IMG/VR virus record: IMGVR_UViG_3300017761_002881
Reading direction: 5' to 3' (one strand)
From: an uncultured virus (IMG/VR IMGVR_UViG_3300017761_002881)
Taxonomy: Duplodnaviria; Heunggongvirae; Uroviricota; Caudoviricetes
Length of the DNA stretch: 64,000 bases
Part shown: positions 27,701 to 39,200 of the stretch, piece by piece
How the letters are laid out: each line of letters begins with the position of its first letter
How positions within the stretch are numbered: the stretch's first letter is position 1
The notes under the pieces: generated by a model
Told to the model about the DNA's origin: nothing
The model's input: only the letters and a program-made list of their open reading frames with translations
Database searches by the model: none
Position numbers and translations under genes: made by a program

Positions 27701-29374
27701 TTATCGGAATTGGGATTCTAGACCTTTAACAATGAATCGACCTGTAATTTTAAATGGCTTAGTATAAATTTTATTATCACGTATTACAATACCTTCGTGT
27801 TCACTTACTTTACCTAAAGGGGAACTCAATGATTCTAATACGGCATTACCTAATTCCATTGTAGCCAAATAAAACACATAACCGTTAATAGCAGCTTCAA
27901 TATCTTTAGGGTCTTTTACTAATTCAGCTACATCTGTACCATTTGTTATTGCCAATAATATTTGCTTAGATAATGCACCTACTGCTTTTCCGTCTGCCAA
28001 TTTAATTGTAGTTTCTTTTTCGTTACGTGCATTAGATAACCATTGACTTAAAGTTTTAGTTTGTTTTTTACCGCTAACCGTAACAGTATATTTTTTATTT
28101 AATACAGATTGGAAGTCCGGATCAGAATCTAAAGTTGTCGGGACGGAACCTAAAACTTCATAGCCATATTCCGTTGCAGTTGGGGCTAAATTGTTCAATA
28201 AATCCTGAAGTGCCTTCTTATTATAAGTAATCTCTTTTGTAGATCTGCGGGTCGGAGTTACTTGTTCAATTTCTAATAGTCCGTGTATAGCTAAAAAGTT
28301 CTTTTCATATGATAACACATTAGTAGATCCAGCTACATACTCGATATTAAACATTACGTTTGGATTGTCCCATAATCCTAATGTTTTGAGTTGTTTAGAG
28401 ATATCAGGTAATGCATCATTAAAAATATCTAATACCTGACCCCCGATCTGTATCATACCATGGCCAACACCAAATCGGTCTAACAAATCTGCTTTTGTAA
28501 TACCTTTTACATCTAATGGCTTATTAGATCCACGATCCATTACAAATTGTTTTTTAGTACCTACAGTAATTAATCGTATAGAAGCATTTACTCCATCTAT
28601 CTTAACAGATGCCGGCCCTTTCTTTAAATAATCTGCAGATTGTACAAATACCTTTAAAAGATCTTTCCCGGTAGTAACTGAAGGTATATCAAATGGATGT
28701 GCCATATGTCCGCCAGCGCCGCCTTCAGTAATTAATGACTCTGTAATATTTTCTGATAAACGATTTTTAACTAAATTATAAACAGAATTATTAAACCATC
28801 CCATAATTTTTTTAAATGAGTCAGGTGTACTGGTTTTAAGCGCTTGACGTAATGCCGTACCTGACATTTCTCCGAATCCAGGAATATTGAGAGATACATG
28901 CGGAGCTACAATTAGATAACCATGTTTATCATATCCTTGCATATTGTCTTTATATCGACTATAGTCTTGAAAATACGTATCATTTCCTGACTTAAGTTTA
29001 CCGATACGGAATCTAGGATCTTCTTCCATATCTTTTTGACCTACCATAAATACTACTGCAGTAGTAGCTGGATTATATGCACTTAGAATCTCTTCGGCTT
29101 TGTAAGGATTTTTAACTTGTACAACATTACGTATACCGTTCTGCTTGATAATAGCAGACTTTTCTTTAAATGAAAATGGAGACCGGCCTGGTTCTACTTT
29201 ATCACTAGTTGCTACATATGTATTTGTAGCTCCGAATTGACCTTGCAACCATTTAAATGCCTTGGCATGATGTTGACCGAATGGTTGAAATCTGCCAGGG
29301 TAAATTGCTACTATGTCCGTAATGTTAGTATCTTCTGTAAGTATTTGTTTGGCTAGCCAGTTACCTAAATTCAT
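27701..29374 (-). CDS. Fusion of a HIGH-class nucleotidyltransferase and an ATP-dependent ligase-like domain
   Basis: IYPGRFQPFGQHH and MSGTALR in the N-terminal half; KIDG, EGIVIR and PFKITG in the C-terminal half; LITE|GG linker. Confidence 0.7.
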   Translation of the reverse strand: MNLGNWLAKQILTEDTNITDIVAIYPGRFQPFGQHHAKAFKWLQGQFGATNTYVATSDKVEPGRSPFSFKEKSAIIKQNGIRNVVQVKNPYKAEEILSAYNPATTAVVFMVGQKDMEEDPRFRIGKLKSGNDTYFQDYSRYKDNMQGYDKHGYLIVAPHVSLNIPGFGEMSGTALRQALKTSTPDSFKKIMGWFNNSVYNLVKNRLSENITESLITEGGAGGHMAHPFDIPSVTTGKDLLKVFVQSADYLKKGPASVKIDGVNASIRLITVGTKKQFVMDRGSNKPLDVKGITKADLLDRFGVGHGMIQIGGQVLDIFNDALPDISKQLKTLGLWDNPNVMFNIEYVAGSTNVLSYEKNFLAIHGLLEIEQVTPTRRSTKEITYNKKALQDLLNNLAPTATEYGYEVLGSVPTTLDSDPDFQSVLNKKYTVTVSGKKQTKTLSQWLSNARNEKETTIKLADGKAVGALSKQILLAITNGTDVAELVKDPKDIEAAINGYVFYLATMELGNAVLESLSSPLGKVSEHEGIVIRDNKIYTKPFKITGRFIVKGLESQFR

Positions 29375-29400
29375 TTGTTACCTTATTTGTTATAAATATG

Positions 29401-29601
29401 TTATGCTGGAGGATAGTCCGGTGGGGTTGTTAATGGACGGTAAAACACTTGTTCTACAGATTCGTACCAATCGCCTATACCTGCTAACTCGTTTGGATCT
29501 TGCATTAATACATCATGTGGTAATGGGTATGTATATGGAGTTACACCGTCCCATTCAATAGCATTGATAACATAATTATCTTTTATTACTAACCATCTCA
29601 T
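29401..29601 (-). CDS. Small fibre-assembly / accessory protein
   Basis: 66 aa, ..VINAIEWD..AGIGDWY....FYRP pattern typical of small genes next to Gly-rich fibre genes; AAAGGA SD. Confidence 0.55.
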   Translation of the reverse strand: MRWLVIKDNYVINAIEWDGVTPYTYPLPHDVLMQDPNELAGIGDWYESVEQVFYRPLTTPPDYPPA

Positions 29602-29612
29602 TGTTTTATCCT

Positions 29613-30776
29613 TTAATAAAATTCTAATATTGCTAAATATCCAGGTCCGCCATCACCCCCGGATCCAGCCGGCTGATCCCAGGCACCACCTCCTCCGCCG
29701 CCACCGGAGCCAAAACTTATACCATCACCGCCGTTGCCTCCAGTAACTGTTTCTGCGATATCGTTACTACCGCCACCATTTCCAGCTGTACCAAATCCGT
29801 ATGATGAGGTTATAACAGCACTACCAGAAAATGAAAATAATGATGCCATTGATACAATGTTAGGTACGCCATCGCTTCCGTTACCTCCGGCTCCTGGTCC
29901 TACACCTGCTAATCCACCTCCACCCGATGTAAACACTGTACCATTTTCTAGTTCAATACCCGATCCGGATCCGCCTGCTCTAGTTATGTTACCAGTCTGT
30001 GTTATGCCGCCGCCTGCTCCTCCGCCACCACAAAGACGTAATTGACGTGCATGATATACATCTACAATACCAGCTGGCAGACTGATAGTATTTATTACTG
30101 ACGGTAGGCCGGTAGTACCCCCTGAAATAGCACGTGCTCCTGCATACCCTTGTATTCTAAACGGACCATATGGTAAAACACCGGCTGGTACTGTCGGGTT
30201 ACCGCCGTTAGCGCCAGTACCAGCAGCTGACCCGCCGGATCCTCCAGTTACACTAGTAGTCTGAATCAATGTAACAGATCCACTAACTAATGAAGTAGTC
30301 CCGCCGCTAGATCCAGCAGTACCATTACTACCATTCGCAGCGGCTCCTCCACCACCTGTTCCTCCGCTACCAACTGTTACAGTATATTGTCCTGTGGGTA
30401 TACGATCGCTAGTATAAAATATAATAGACGTCTGTCCTCCGGCGCCGCCGCCGCCACCACTTACATTATTTATGCCAGCGTTTCTAGCGCCACCGCCGCC
30501 GCCGGCGCCGCCACCGACTGCAGCTATTTTAATATATTTTGCATTGCTAGGTTTAATCCACGTTGCTGTAACAGTACTACCAGCCGAACCTGTCCATTCA
30601 TAAAATTTAACATATGATCCTGAATCATTTAATTTAAAAATAGTACCTGAATTGTTCTTAAAATATAAATCCGGAACGCTACCACTAGTAAATATAGATC
30701 CCGTCCCAGGTGTTGTACTACCCGGGGATACTGACCCGGTTTTATACAATTGAATGATATCTAAAATTTGATTCAT
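29613..30776 (-). CDS. Glycine-rich fibre-tip / adhesin-like protein, subtype B (cassette 2)
   Basis: Poly-Gly runs; C-terminal GYLAILEFY. Confidence 0.7.
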   Translation of the reverse strand: MNQILDIIQLYKTGSVSPGSTTPGTGSIFTSGSVPDLYFKNNSGTIFKLNDSGSYVKFYEWTGSAGSTVTATWIKPSNAKYIKIAAVGGGAGGGGGARNAGINNVSGGGGGAGGQTSIIFYTSDRIPTGQYTVTVGSGGTGGGGAAANGSNGTAGSSGGTTSLVSGSVTLIQTTSVTGGSGGSAAGTGANGGNPTVPAGVLPYGPFRIQGYAGARAISGGTTGLPSVINTISLPAGIVDVYHARQLRLCGGGGAGGGITQTGNITRAGGSGSGIELENGTVFTSGGGGLAGVGPGAGGNGSDGVPNIVSMASLFSFSGSAVITSSYGFGTAGNGGGSNDIAETVTGGNGGDGISFGSGGGGGGGAWDQPAGSGGDGGPGYLAILEFY

Positions 30777-30799
30777 AACTTTATCGATAAATATTTACA

Positions 30800-31927
30800 T
30801 TAATAAAACTCCGTCACGATAACTAATCCAGAACTACCTGAGCCGCCTATACCTGATGCAGTAGCTGCATTAGTATTTCCGGAGCTACATCCTCCGCCGC
30901 CGCCGCCGGCACTATACAATCCACCGATACTACCAGCACCACCATTACCTAATAAGCTAGCGCCTCCACCATGACCGCCGCCGCCCAATCCGTATAGTGT
31001 AGTACTACCGGTAAATTGCAGTAGTGTCGTTATTAAATTGTCAGACGGATCGGTAGCATTACCTCCAACGGCTCCGGCTGCAGACGCGGATACCCCAGGG
31101 TTACCAGAGTTTAATATTAGCGTATCAAATTGCCGGCCGCTAGATCCGCTCCCTGCTATAGTACCGTTAAGAAATGACCCTGCACGACCACCACCATTAC
31201 CGCCGCCGCCGCCGCCGTTTCCGTAAAATAATAACGTAGTAGATGTTTGACCTAAATTGAAAATTTCAGCTGTAGCTGTAAGCGTATTGCTCGGAGTCGT
31301 TGCTTGAAGTTGACCAGGACATCCGTATATAGCATACGGAGCTCCTGCTGGAGTACAATTAATAGCACGACCTCCTTGTGTTTGTATTGAGGAGGCGACG
31401 GTACCACCGTTACCGCCACGACCGCCTTCAGCTATCACTAATGTACCAAAGGAAGAAGAATTGCCAGCAGTGCCAGCATTACCTATACCAGTGACAGTTT
31501 GTCCTAAAGCTCCAGCGCCCCCGGCTCCTACAGTTATAGTAACACTGCTAGGTAACATGTTAGCATCTAATGTTGCCCATACTATAGCTCCGCCGCCGCC
31601 GCCATTGCCTCCTTGTGAAATATTAGACACAGAAGCTTTACGACCACTACCTCCACCTCCGCCCGCGCCGACAGCACATATTTGAACGTATTTTACATCC
31701 CCTATTTTATTCCATGTATATATCTGTGTTGCTCCATTGCCACGCGCGGATCCGGTATAGTATAAAATGTTTATAGATCCGGAAGGTTGACCAACTGGTT
31801 GCAACTCGTTAGCATTGCGATAATATATTTCACTAGCGCTAGCAAATAAAGTACCGAAATTATTATTAACGGGCGCTGCAGGAGTTGATCCTGTATTTTG
31901 CATTAATATATCATCTAGAAATTTCAT
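30800..31927 (-). CDS. Glycine-rich fibre-tip / adhesin-like protein, subtype A (cassette 2)
   Basis: CAVGAGGGGG, GGGGAIVWAT, YGLGGGGHGGG, C-terminal GLVIVTEFY. Confidence 0.7.
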   Translation of the reverse strand: MKFLDDILMQNTGSTPAAPVNNNFGTLFASASEIYYRNANELQPVGQPSGSINILYYTGSARGNGATQIYTWNKIGDVKYVQICAVGAGGGGGSGRKASVSNISQGGNGGGGGAIVWATLDANMLPSSVTITVGAGGAGALGQTVTGIGNAGTAGNSSSFGTLVIAEGGRGGNGGTVASSIQTQGGRAINCTPAGAPYAIYGCPGQLQATTPSNTLTATAEIFNLGQTSTTLLFYGNGGGGGGNGGGRAGSFLNGTIAGSGSSGRQFDTLILNSGNPGVSASAAGAVGGNATDPSDNLITTLLQFTGSTTLYGLGGGGHGGGASLLGNGGAGSIGGLYSAGGGGGGCSSGNTNAATASGIGGSGSSGLVIVTEFY

Positions 31928-32088
31928 TACTGATGTAACCTTATATAATTACCATCTGTTTTATGTGCGTATAAAGCGTCATTATGTACAAATAAACGTA
32001 CATATCCGGACGGTACTGCCGTTGTTAGAAATGACCCGGATGGTAATGATCCGGTAGTCTGTAATTCTATGTTACTAAATATTTTCAT
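31927..32088 (-). CDS. Unannotated 53-aa protein resembling the N-terminal module of the Gly-rich proteins
   Basis: Manual translation MKIFSNIELQTTGSLPSGSFLTTAVPSGYVRLFVHNDALYAHKTDGNYIRLHQ; TAATG overlaps at both ends. Confidence 0.8.
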   Translation of the reverse strand: MKIFSNIELQTTGSLPSGSFLTTAVPSGYVRLFVHNDALYAHKTDGNYIRLHQ

Positions 32089-35000
32089 TATGATGAAACG
32101 TAAACTACGTATTCTAATGTATCCGGAGGTGTGTTAAACACAGCTCGTATTGTATTTATACCTGTTCTTCGTACGGTTGTATAAACCGTCTCTCCGTTAC
32201 TACCGCTTTCAAATATTGTCACGTGCACATCACGTGTACCAAAATTATGAGCCATATCAAACGTTGTATCAGTTGTATTACCGATTACAAACGAATCTGA
32301 CTGATATGTAGTACCACCACTAAAGCCTACAGTTAAATAAGAAACATATATCACATATTCAGCTGTAGCGGGAGGTGAATTAAAAATAGTTCGAACTGTA
32401 TTGCCATCCGGTCGACGAATGGTTGGATATACCGATTCGCCATTTGAACCGCTTTGATAAACTGAAACCATCACTTCACGTGAGCCGAATCCGTGCACTA
32501 CATCCCATGTAGTAGCAGCTCCATTCCCAATCACAGATGAAGTTGTATAAAGAATATAACCAATACCCCCGCCGCCTCCTCCGCCTAGAGCTGAAGATGC
32601 TGTATAAAACAATTGACCAGTAGTAGTATTGATTGTAACTACATTGGTTTGCGTGGTATCAGTTAATCCTGTTAAGAATGTACTTCCTGATAAACGTGTC
32701 GACCCGGTAACTGTTAAACCAGATCCGCCCAATAACAATGACCCAGATAATGTAACTAGATTAGAAGTTGAGTTAAATGTAAAATTACTACTACCACTAA
32801 ATGCAGTACCTCCATCATTAAATTGTATCTGTCTATTTGATCCACCTACAATGTTATCGGCTACATCTGCATAATCTACATCTAACGTAATATTACCGAC
32901 CGTATTATCTTGATTTAACCCGTCCCCTGCAGTAATTTGTGTAATAGCAGATGACCCTACTGCGGTAGATGCAGTATAGTAGACTCGACCGGTAGTAGTG
33001 TTATACGTTAATAACAGGTTACCGGTACCGTCATCTTGCGGAAGATTTTCAATATATAATGAAGCACTTTGGGTGCCAGTACCTGTAATACGAAAAGGAG
33101 CGTCTGGAGATGTCGATGATGACACAGTTAATCCGCGTTTAAAATCATATCCAGTAAACGGTTGTAATGTACCAGCTATCGAAACCCAATTTGCTGCTCC
33201 GGAGCCACCTGGAGCTAATACTATTATATCACCTGTTCGTAACGGTATTGCTATTAGAGAACCTATAACGCCTTTAGTAGTCGGATTAAATACATCATAA
33301 ATTTCATTTCCAGCTACGCTATTTTCAATAACAACATCAATTCTAGAATTTGAACTCACATCGGCTAATTCTATATCATATATAGGATAGTTTAACGCAC
33401 AATTAATTCTAACTCGACGTACAATTTCTCCACCTCGGGAACCATCTAAAACAATTGTATAACCATCCTTAGTGGTAGCACCTATATCAATTTCTTCTTT
33501 TAAATAACTACCACTATTAGCAGCTGTTATAACAGCAGTTTGATCTAGAATAATATTAGCTAATGCAACTCCAGTAAACAAGGCATTTGATGCAGTAACA
33601 TTACCGTCTGCAGTCAAATGAAAATTGCTAGATGATATTTCAATGTTACCATTAGCACCAGAAATAAATTGGTTTTCGCTTCCAAAAAAGAATGTATCAG
33701 TACGTACTATAAATACGCTAGGTGGTCCAGATCGGAATTGTAAGTAACTACCACTATTAGCTACTAGTTCTAATCCTACACCAGTATAATTATCACCAGA
33801 ATAAGGCAATACCGAACCCGACCACATCATCCATCCAGATGAACCACTAAGTTCGGGTATAGATGCCGATAAAAATCCTTGGTACCCGACAGATCGTATA
33901 AATCCGGAATTTTGGCCGGACTGCTCAATACCCGAGCCGACCTCATTACTTAGATACACTGATCCGGTTATAAGATTGCTAGTACCTTGTATATAAGTAT
34001 TATCGCCGTCAAATATAGCACCGTACGTGATTAGTTCTAAGTCAGCTTTTCTACTTTCATAATCAAAAAACTGAAATTTAAATGTCAATGGCGTACTAGT
34101 ATGTTCTGCAGGTATACGTTTAAATATACGTGTGAAGTTAGGAGAAAATCCAGTTTCTTTGTTAGCAATTAATTCTATTTCTGATACGATAAATGATCCG
34201 TTACGCGTAACAAATTTTAGATCGATAGGTTTAGTTTCTAATGCTTTAAATCGCATCGAAACAATGCCTAATGCTTCCGGAATTGGTTTAACTTGATATG
34301 TACCAATACGTGTACCTAATGGTCCATTATCACAAAATTTTCCTAGTACAGTATTATTAAAATTAGGTACCGGAAATATTTCACCGGCTTGCACGTTAAG
34401 TGATTGATTCTGTGTTTGTACACTTGAGCCTGATATATACACATCTAGTCGATGGTTTGGTATATCAGTATCCGCGCCCATTACACTAGAAGCATTTGTA
34501 TTATTAGCAATAGTAAATTTAACTATATATTCAGTATCTGCATATACAATTGGAAAATAACTAGCAGTACTATCAGAACGTATTGAAAATACAGCTGCTT
34601 GGCCAATATTGAATCCATCTAACCCTTGCGGACTAACAGCTGTACTATATGACATAGACATTTCAGCACCGCCCATTAAAACAGTATCGTTATATAAAAT
34701 ACCGTTCCATAAATTTACAGGTGCGCCGGAACTAGATACACTAGATGTTACCCAGTATTGTCGTATTTCAGCTAAGTCTTCAAATGAACCATATCGTTCA
34801 TAATCAACACCTACCGAAATATTAGTTTCATATGACTCGGTATCAATTAAAACATTTTGTTGTTCTAATATAGTATCACCTAAATCAATAAAATCTCCAA
34901 AAAATCCAGACGGCTTATATAACGTTTTAACTTTATATACATCGCCAGTAGCTGGTTCAATATTAGCTAAAATAATATCACCAAAACTAGAACTACGTTG

Positions 35001-36227
35001 TGTTTGCACAACAGCGGTAGGTTGCGTAAAACTAGCGGTAAAATTAACGGATGCGCTTATCGATGTAATGACGTTAGTTATACCGCCTTGGTCAGCTAAT
35101 TCTACTGCCCATGCTCCATATGTATTATCATCTTCATTACGAAATCCTTCAATTTGACTTACTAATGCTGTTGTACTATTAATAACATTTGTTATAGCAA
35201 ATTTATATGAACCAGATAATGGCGTAACTTGTCCGGATAAAACTATACTAAAGAAACTGCCTAATTCGGTTTGTTGTGATTCTGGCCATAATAACCCGTT
35301 AGACGTTGGAAATGATAATATCGCGCCAGGATTAGCTGTACCGTTTGGTGTTATGTTTGGATTAACAATTTCAATTGTACCTCCGACCATATTACTATTT
35401 AATGCAAATCCAGATGTTTTTAATCTACTACTACCATTTAATGTAATTAATTGTGGTGATGTAGTAGTTGTACTAGTACTAGATTGTAACGTTGCTTGAG
35501 TAGGAGATGTATTAAAAAACTGAGACCCAAAATTTGGAGTACCGGGCGATGCAAATCCTTCAGCAATCGGAACTAGTTCTGATACTGCATTTGGATTTAG
35601 TCCTGTAAATGGATAACCATTGCCGCTGCCGCCAATTGGTTCTATACGTACTGTAGCTCCCGTGGAACCGGTTAACTGTGTAAATACATTAAATACTTCT
35701 ACTGGTTGTAGATATGGTTGTACTACTTCTGATAATGTTACATATGGGTATTTCGTAAAAATAATTTCTGTATTGTTACGAGCAAATGGAGCTACTGTTA
35801 CATTACGTCTCCAAATAACATTAGGTGTATTTAAATAATTTTCACTATTATAATCTTTACTAAACGTATATCGTTCACCCGTCCCAATATTAAGAAGAGC
35901 TCGGCCTGCTAAATATATTGTAGCACGTCCCGGAGCTGTATCTGGGTAAATGTAAATAGCTATAACACGTGTACCATCTTTTTCTACATAATTTAATGGT
36001 TCATAATATATAGGATCACCATTAAAGTCTAATATCTCTATATGAATGTAACTGTTATTTACTAACGTGTCAGGATTAGCTTTTAACTTAATTAAATTTT
36101 TACCAGCAGTAAGTCTGTTAGGAAATTCTACTACATTAAAATAGTCACGTGATATAAGATCGTTATCTATTAAACTATAACTTAAATCTTTAAGACCAAT
36201 ATATCCGACTTTCTTACGTAACGGCAT
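32088..36227 (-). CDS. Large tail fibre / baseplate-associated protein
   Basis: 1379 aa, S/T/G-rich; QIQFN and GRVYYTAS fibre modules; two C-terminal IGN...H.FG.R.V repeats. Confidence 0.7.
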   Translation of the reverse strand: MPLRKKVGYIGLKDLSYSLIDNDLISRDYFNVVEFPNRLTAGKNLIKLKANPDTLVNNSYIHIEILDFNGDPIYYEPLNYVEKDGTRVIAIYIYPDTAPGRATIYLAGRALLNIGTGERYTFSKDYNSENYLNTPNVIWRRNVTVAPFARNNTEIIFTKYPYVTLSEVVQPYLQPVEVFNVFTQLTGSTGATVRIEPIGGSGNGYPFTGLNPNAVSELVPIAEGFASPGTPNFGSQFFNTSPTQATLQSSTSTTTTSPQLITLNGSSRLKTSGFALNSNMVGGTIEIVNPNITPNGTANPGAILSFPTSNGLLWPESQQTELGSFFSIVLSGQVTPLSGSYKFAITNVINSTTALVSQIEGFRNEDDNTYGAWAVELADQGGITNVITSISASVNFTASFTQPTAVVQTQRSSSFGDIILANIEPATGDVYKVKTLYKPSGFFGDFIDLGDTILEQQNVLIDTESYETNISVGVDYERYGSFEDLAEIRQYWVTSSVSSSGAPVNLWNGILYNDTVLMGGAEMSMSYSTAVSPQGLDGFNIGQAAVFSIRSDSTASYFPIVYADTEYIVKFTIANNTNASSVMGADTDIPNHRLDVYISGSSVQTQNQSLNVQAGEIFPVPNFNNTVLGKFCDNGPLGTRIGTYQVKPIPEALGIVSMRFKALETKPIDLKFVTRNGSFIVSEIELIANKETGFSPNFTRIFKRIPAEHTSTPLTFKFQFFDYESRKADLELITYGAIFDGDNTYIQGTSNLITGSVYLSNEVGSGIEQSGQNSGFIRSVGYQGFLSASIPELSGSSGWMMWSGSVLPYSGDNYTGVGLELVANSGSYLQFRSGPPSVFIVRTDTFFFGSENQFISGANGNIEISSSNFHLTADGNVTASNALFTGVALANIILDQTAVITAANSGSYLKEEIDIGATTKDGYTIVLDGSRGGEIVRRVRINCALNYPIYDIELADVSSNSRIDVVIENSVAGNEIYDVFNPTTKGVIGSLIAIPLRTGDIIVLAPGGSGAANWVSIAGTLQPFTGYDFKRGLTVSSSTSPDAPFRITGTGTQSASLYIENLPQDDGTGNLLLTYNTTTGRVYYTASTAVGSSAITQITAGDGLNQDNTVGNITLDVDYADVADNIVGGSNRQIQFNDGGTAFSGSSNFTFNSTSNLVTLSGSLLLGGSGLTVTGSTRLSGSTFLTGLTDTTQTNVVTINTTTGQLFYTASSALGGGGGGGIGYILYTTSSVIGNGAATTWDVVHGFGSREVMVSVYQSGSNGESVYPTIRRPDGNTVRTIFNSPPATAEYVIYVSYLTVGFSGGTTYQSDSFVIGNTTDTTFDMAHNFGTRDVHVTIFESGSNGETVYTTVRRTGINTIRAVFNTPPDTLEYVVYVSS

Positions 36228-36247
36228 TAAGTTTCCTTGACTTTATT

Positions 36248-36255
36248 ATAAATAT
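36248..36255 (-). promoter_or_regulatory. Putative late promoter motif ATATTTAT (large fibre gene)
   Basis: Sits where structural genes resume after Mre11-Rad50. Confidence 0.6.
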
Positions 36256-39200
36256 CAAGAAAATTCTATTTTAGAATAACCATGTTCTTTTTTAATTTCG
36301 ATAAGTTTATCTACAACATCACGCATCGCATCTATATGCGAAATACAAAGCACGAATCCAAATTGACTTTTAAGATAATCAAACAGCATATACATACTAT
36401 TAAGATTATCAGAATCTAGTACTCCAAATCCTTCATCAATAGCTAAGAAATTAGGTCTAGGTAAACTAGTAACATTAATCAGTGAAGCACGTATTGCTAA
36501 TGACGAAATAAACTTTTCCATTCCAGATGTTAATTCTAACGGCCAATAATTATCATCATCGTATACAATATAACCATGTATATTTTTACCATCCGTATTT
36601 AAAATCATTGTAAAGTCTACAACTTGCGTTAAGATATTATTTATCTCTGCTTCGATTTGTGGTAATGCACGAGCAATTAATTGATATGGTACTCCGTCAC
36701 GTTTAACAGCTTGTAAATAATATTCATATCCTTTATACTGTACTTCTAATTCACTTAATCTATTTATTGCATCCTCAGCCGTTTGTTTTGAACGTTTAGC
36801 TATTGATAATTTGCCAGACATTTCTACAATTTGAGATTCTAAATCTCGTATTTCTTGTGATACTGAAGTAACTTCCGTACGCAACTCTTCTATTATAGAC
36901 GACTGTGCTTTATTAAACTCGATATCATTTAAACATGCATTAGCCTTTGTCAATAAATCAGTTTCATGAGTTAAACTATTTTGTAATTGAGTTATTTTAT
37001 TTGATATAGTTTGTAATGCAGCAGCTGCAGAATTCTTTTTTGTAGCCTTTGTATTTAATTCTCGTTGCAACTCATAATATTTCGAGATCTGTTCTTTTAC
37101 ATCTGTTTCTGTTAAACTACGTTCCGTATCACGTAATGATGTAGTTAATGCTATCATTTCATCATGTAATTCTGGTAAACGATTAGCAGCGATCTGTGTA
37201 TCTTGTAACCACGGATTAGCTACACAATATTGACAGTTTGGATCCCATTGATGGTTTTCTAATTTAGATAACATCTTACGTGCATGCTCAATTTCATGTT
37301 GTTTGAGTTGCATAACATTACATAACTCAGATGCTTGATTTTTATAGATATTAAAATTAGAATCTTTTGTATTTAAAGAATCAATATCAATTTGGTCTAT
37401 CTGTGATACTAATTCTTCATATGCAGTCTCTGCATCGAAATAATCTTGTTGTAACGAATCAAATGTTTGATCCGCATTTTTACATTGGCCGTTAAGTGTT
37501 TTAATATTAGATTCATGTATCGATGGATCTGAAACATTATCTGGTATAGTACGTAATTCTTTTGTTAAATCTAATATTTGTTCATTTAACTCATCACGTA
37601 AATTTTCTAACGTACTTTTTTCATCTGTTAACGAATCATATTTCTTTGTAACATGCTCAATGACTTGCTCCGCCTCTGCTAATGTAGCACTATGATCTAA
37701 ACGTTTATATTCACGTATCAATGCAGATGTATCACGTATATCATCAGATGCTATTTGATATTGTTGTTCGAAAACATTGATATCTAAAAACTGACTTAAT
37801 AAGTCTTTACGATCTTTTTGTGATTTATCAATAAAGCCTGTATTATTTGTCTGTAACGATAATGCTGTTAACACAAAGTCTTCATAATCTCCTAGATATT
37901 GTCGTATGATTTTATTTGTATTATCACGTTGATCTCCATTTAATGAAACGTTATTTCCTACATCGTCAACGTAATAAAAATCCACATCAACTTTAACATG
38001 TCCATTATTATTTTTACGACCATTACGTTCTATGATATAATCAACACCATCCATTTCGAAACAAAATTTAGATTTGAATTGATTCTTTTTGTTATTAAGA
38101 ACATGTATAGCTTTACCGGTACGGCTACATTTATCGAAACAACAAAATGCTAATGCATCTAATAATGTAGATTTACCGCTAGCATTAGGAGCAAATAATC
38201 CATAAGTACCTGACAATTGTTCGAAGTCAATATGATTATCTTCGCCGTAACTAAACATGTTACTAAATTCAAACGTTTTAGGAATCCATATTTTATTACG
38301 TGTAATATCCGATTCAGATAATTTAGAATGCACTGTACGATTAATATGACGTACACAATCTAACATCGTATCATCTAATGCCAATTCATCTGTTAAGTAG
38401 TCAGTAATAACTTTATTTTGCCATTCAACATCTCGTACATTACCGAATGAAATTTTCTTACCAGTGTTAGTAGATGTTAATGCATTAACCTTTTGAATTG
38501 TCACATCTTGAACATTGTATTGTTTACGTAACTCTGAAACTAATCGTTTTAATACACTAGCATCTGTATCTTTTACTTTTAAACGTAATCTAATTTTCTT
38601 AGGTACTTTAGGTAATTGTGTTATAACTGAACCGTTATCAATTTCTAAAGTACAATACCCATAATCATTATCAATTTCAACGAATTCTGAAGTTTTAGAT
38701 TTTAGATCCCAAACTAGAATACCATGTATTAAACCTTCACCAAAATTTTGTTGAATTAAACTACCAGCGTATGCAATAGTTTTAGAATCATTTAGATATT
38801 GCATTTTATGAATATCACCTAACAATACTAAATCATGTCCAGCGAAGATATCTGTTGTAACATGTGTATTACTTAATATAATACCTAGATCAGTTTGAGC
38901 TGAATTAACAGCTCCGTGATGTAAAGCAATTTTATAATCGCCATCGAAATCCGACGATTTAATAAATTGTGACGGTGCATCATACACTGACATAACGTTA
39001 AAGTGTACATTGGAAATATAATATATACCTGTATCTTTAAGATAGTGTATATTAGTATGATTCAAGGCGTTAACAATAGGAGTAATGGCATCTAAACGAC
39101 TAGAATTATTTAAGTTGCAGTCATGATTACCAGTAATAATAATAGTCGGTGCTATATCTGCGAGATTTTTAAAAAAATCTGATACTGTAGCTACTAGCTC

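Noticed and set aside
4896..31927. Diversity-generating retroelement acting on the Gly-rich paralogs
   Set aside because: No reverse transcriptase in the window and no near-identical template/variable repeat pair differing only at adenines.
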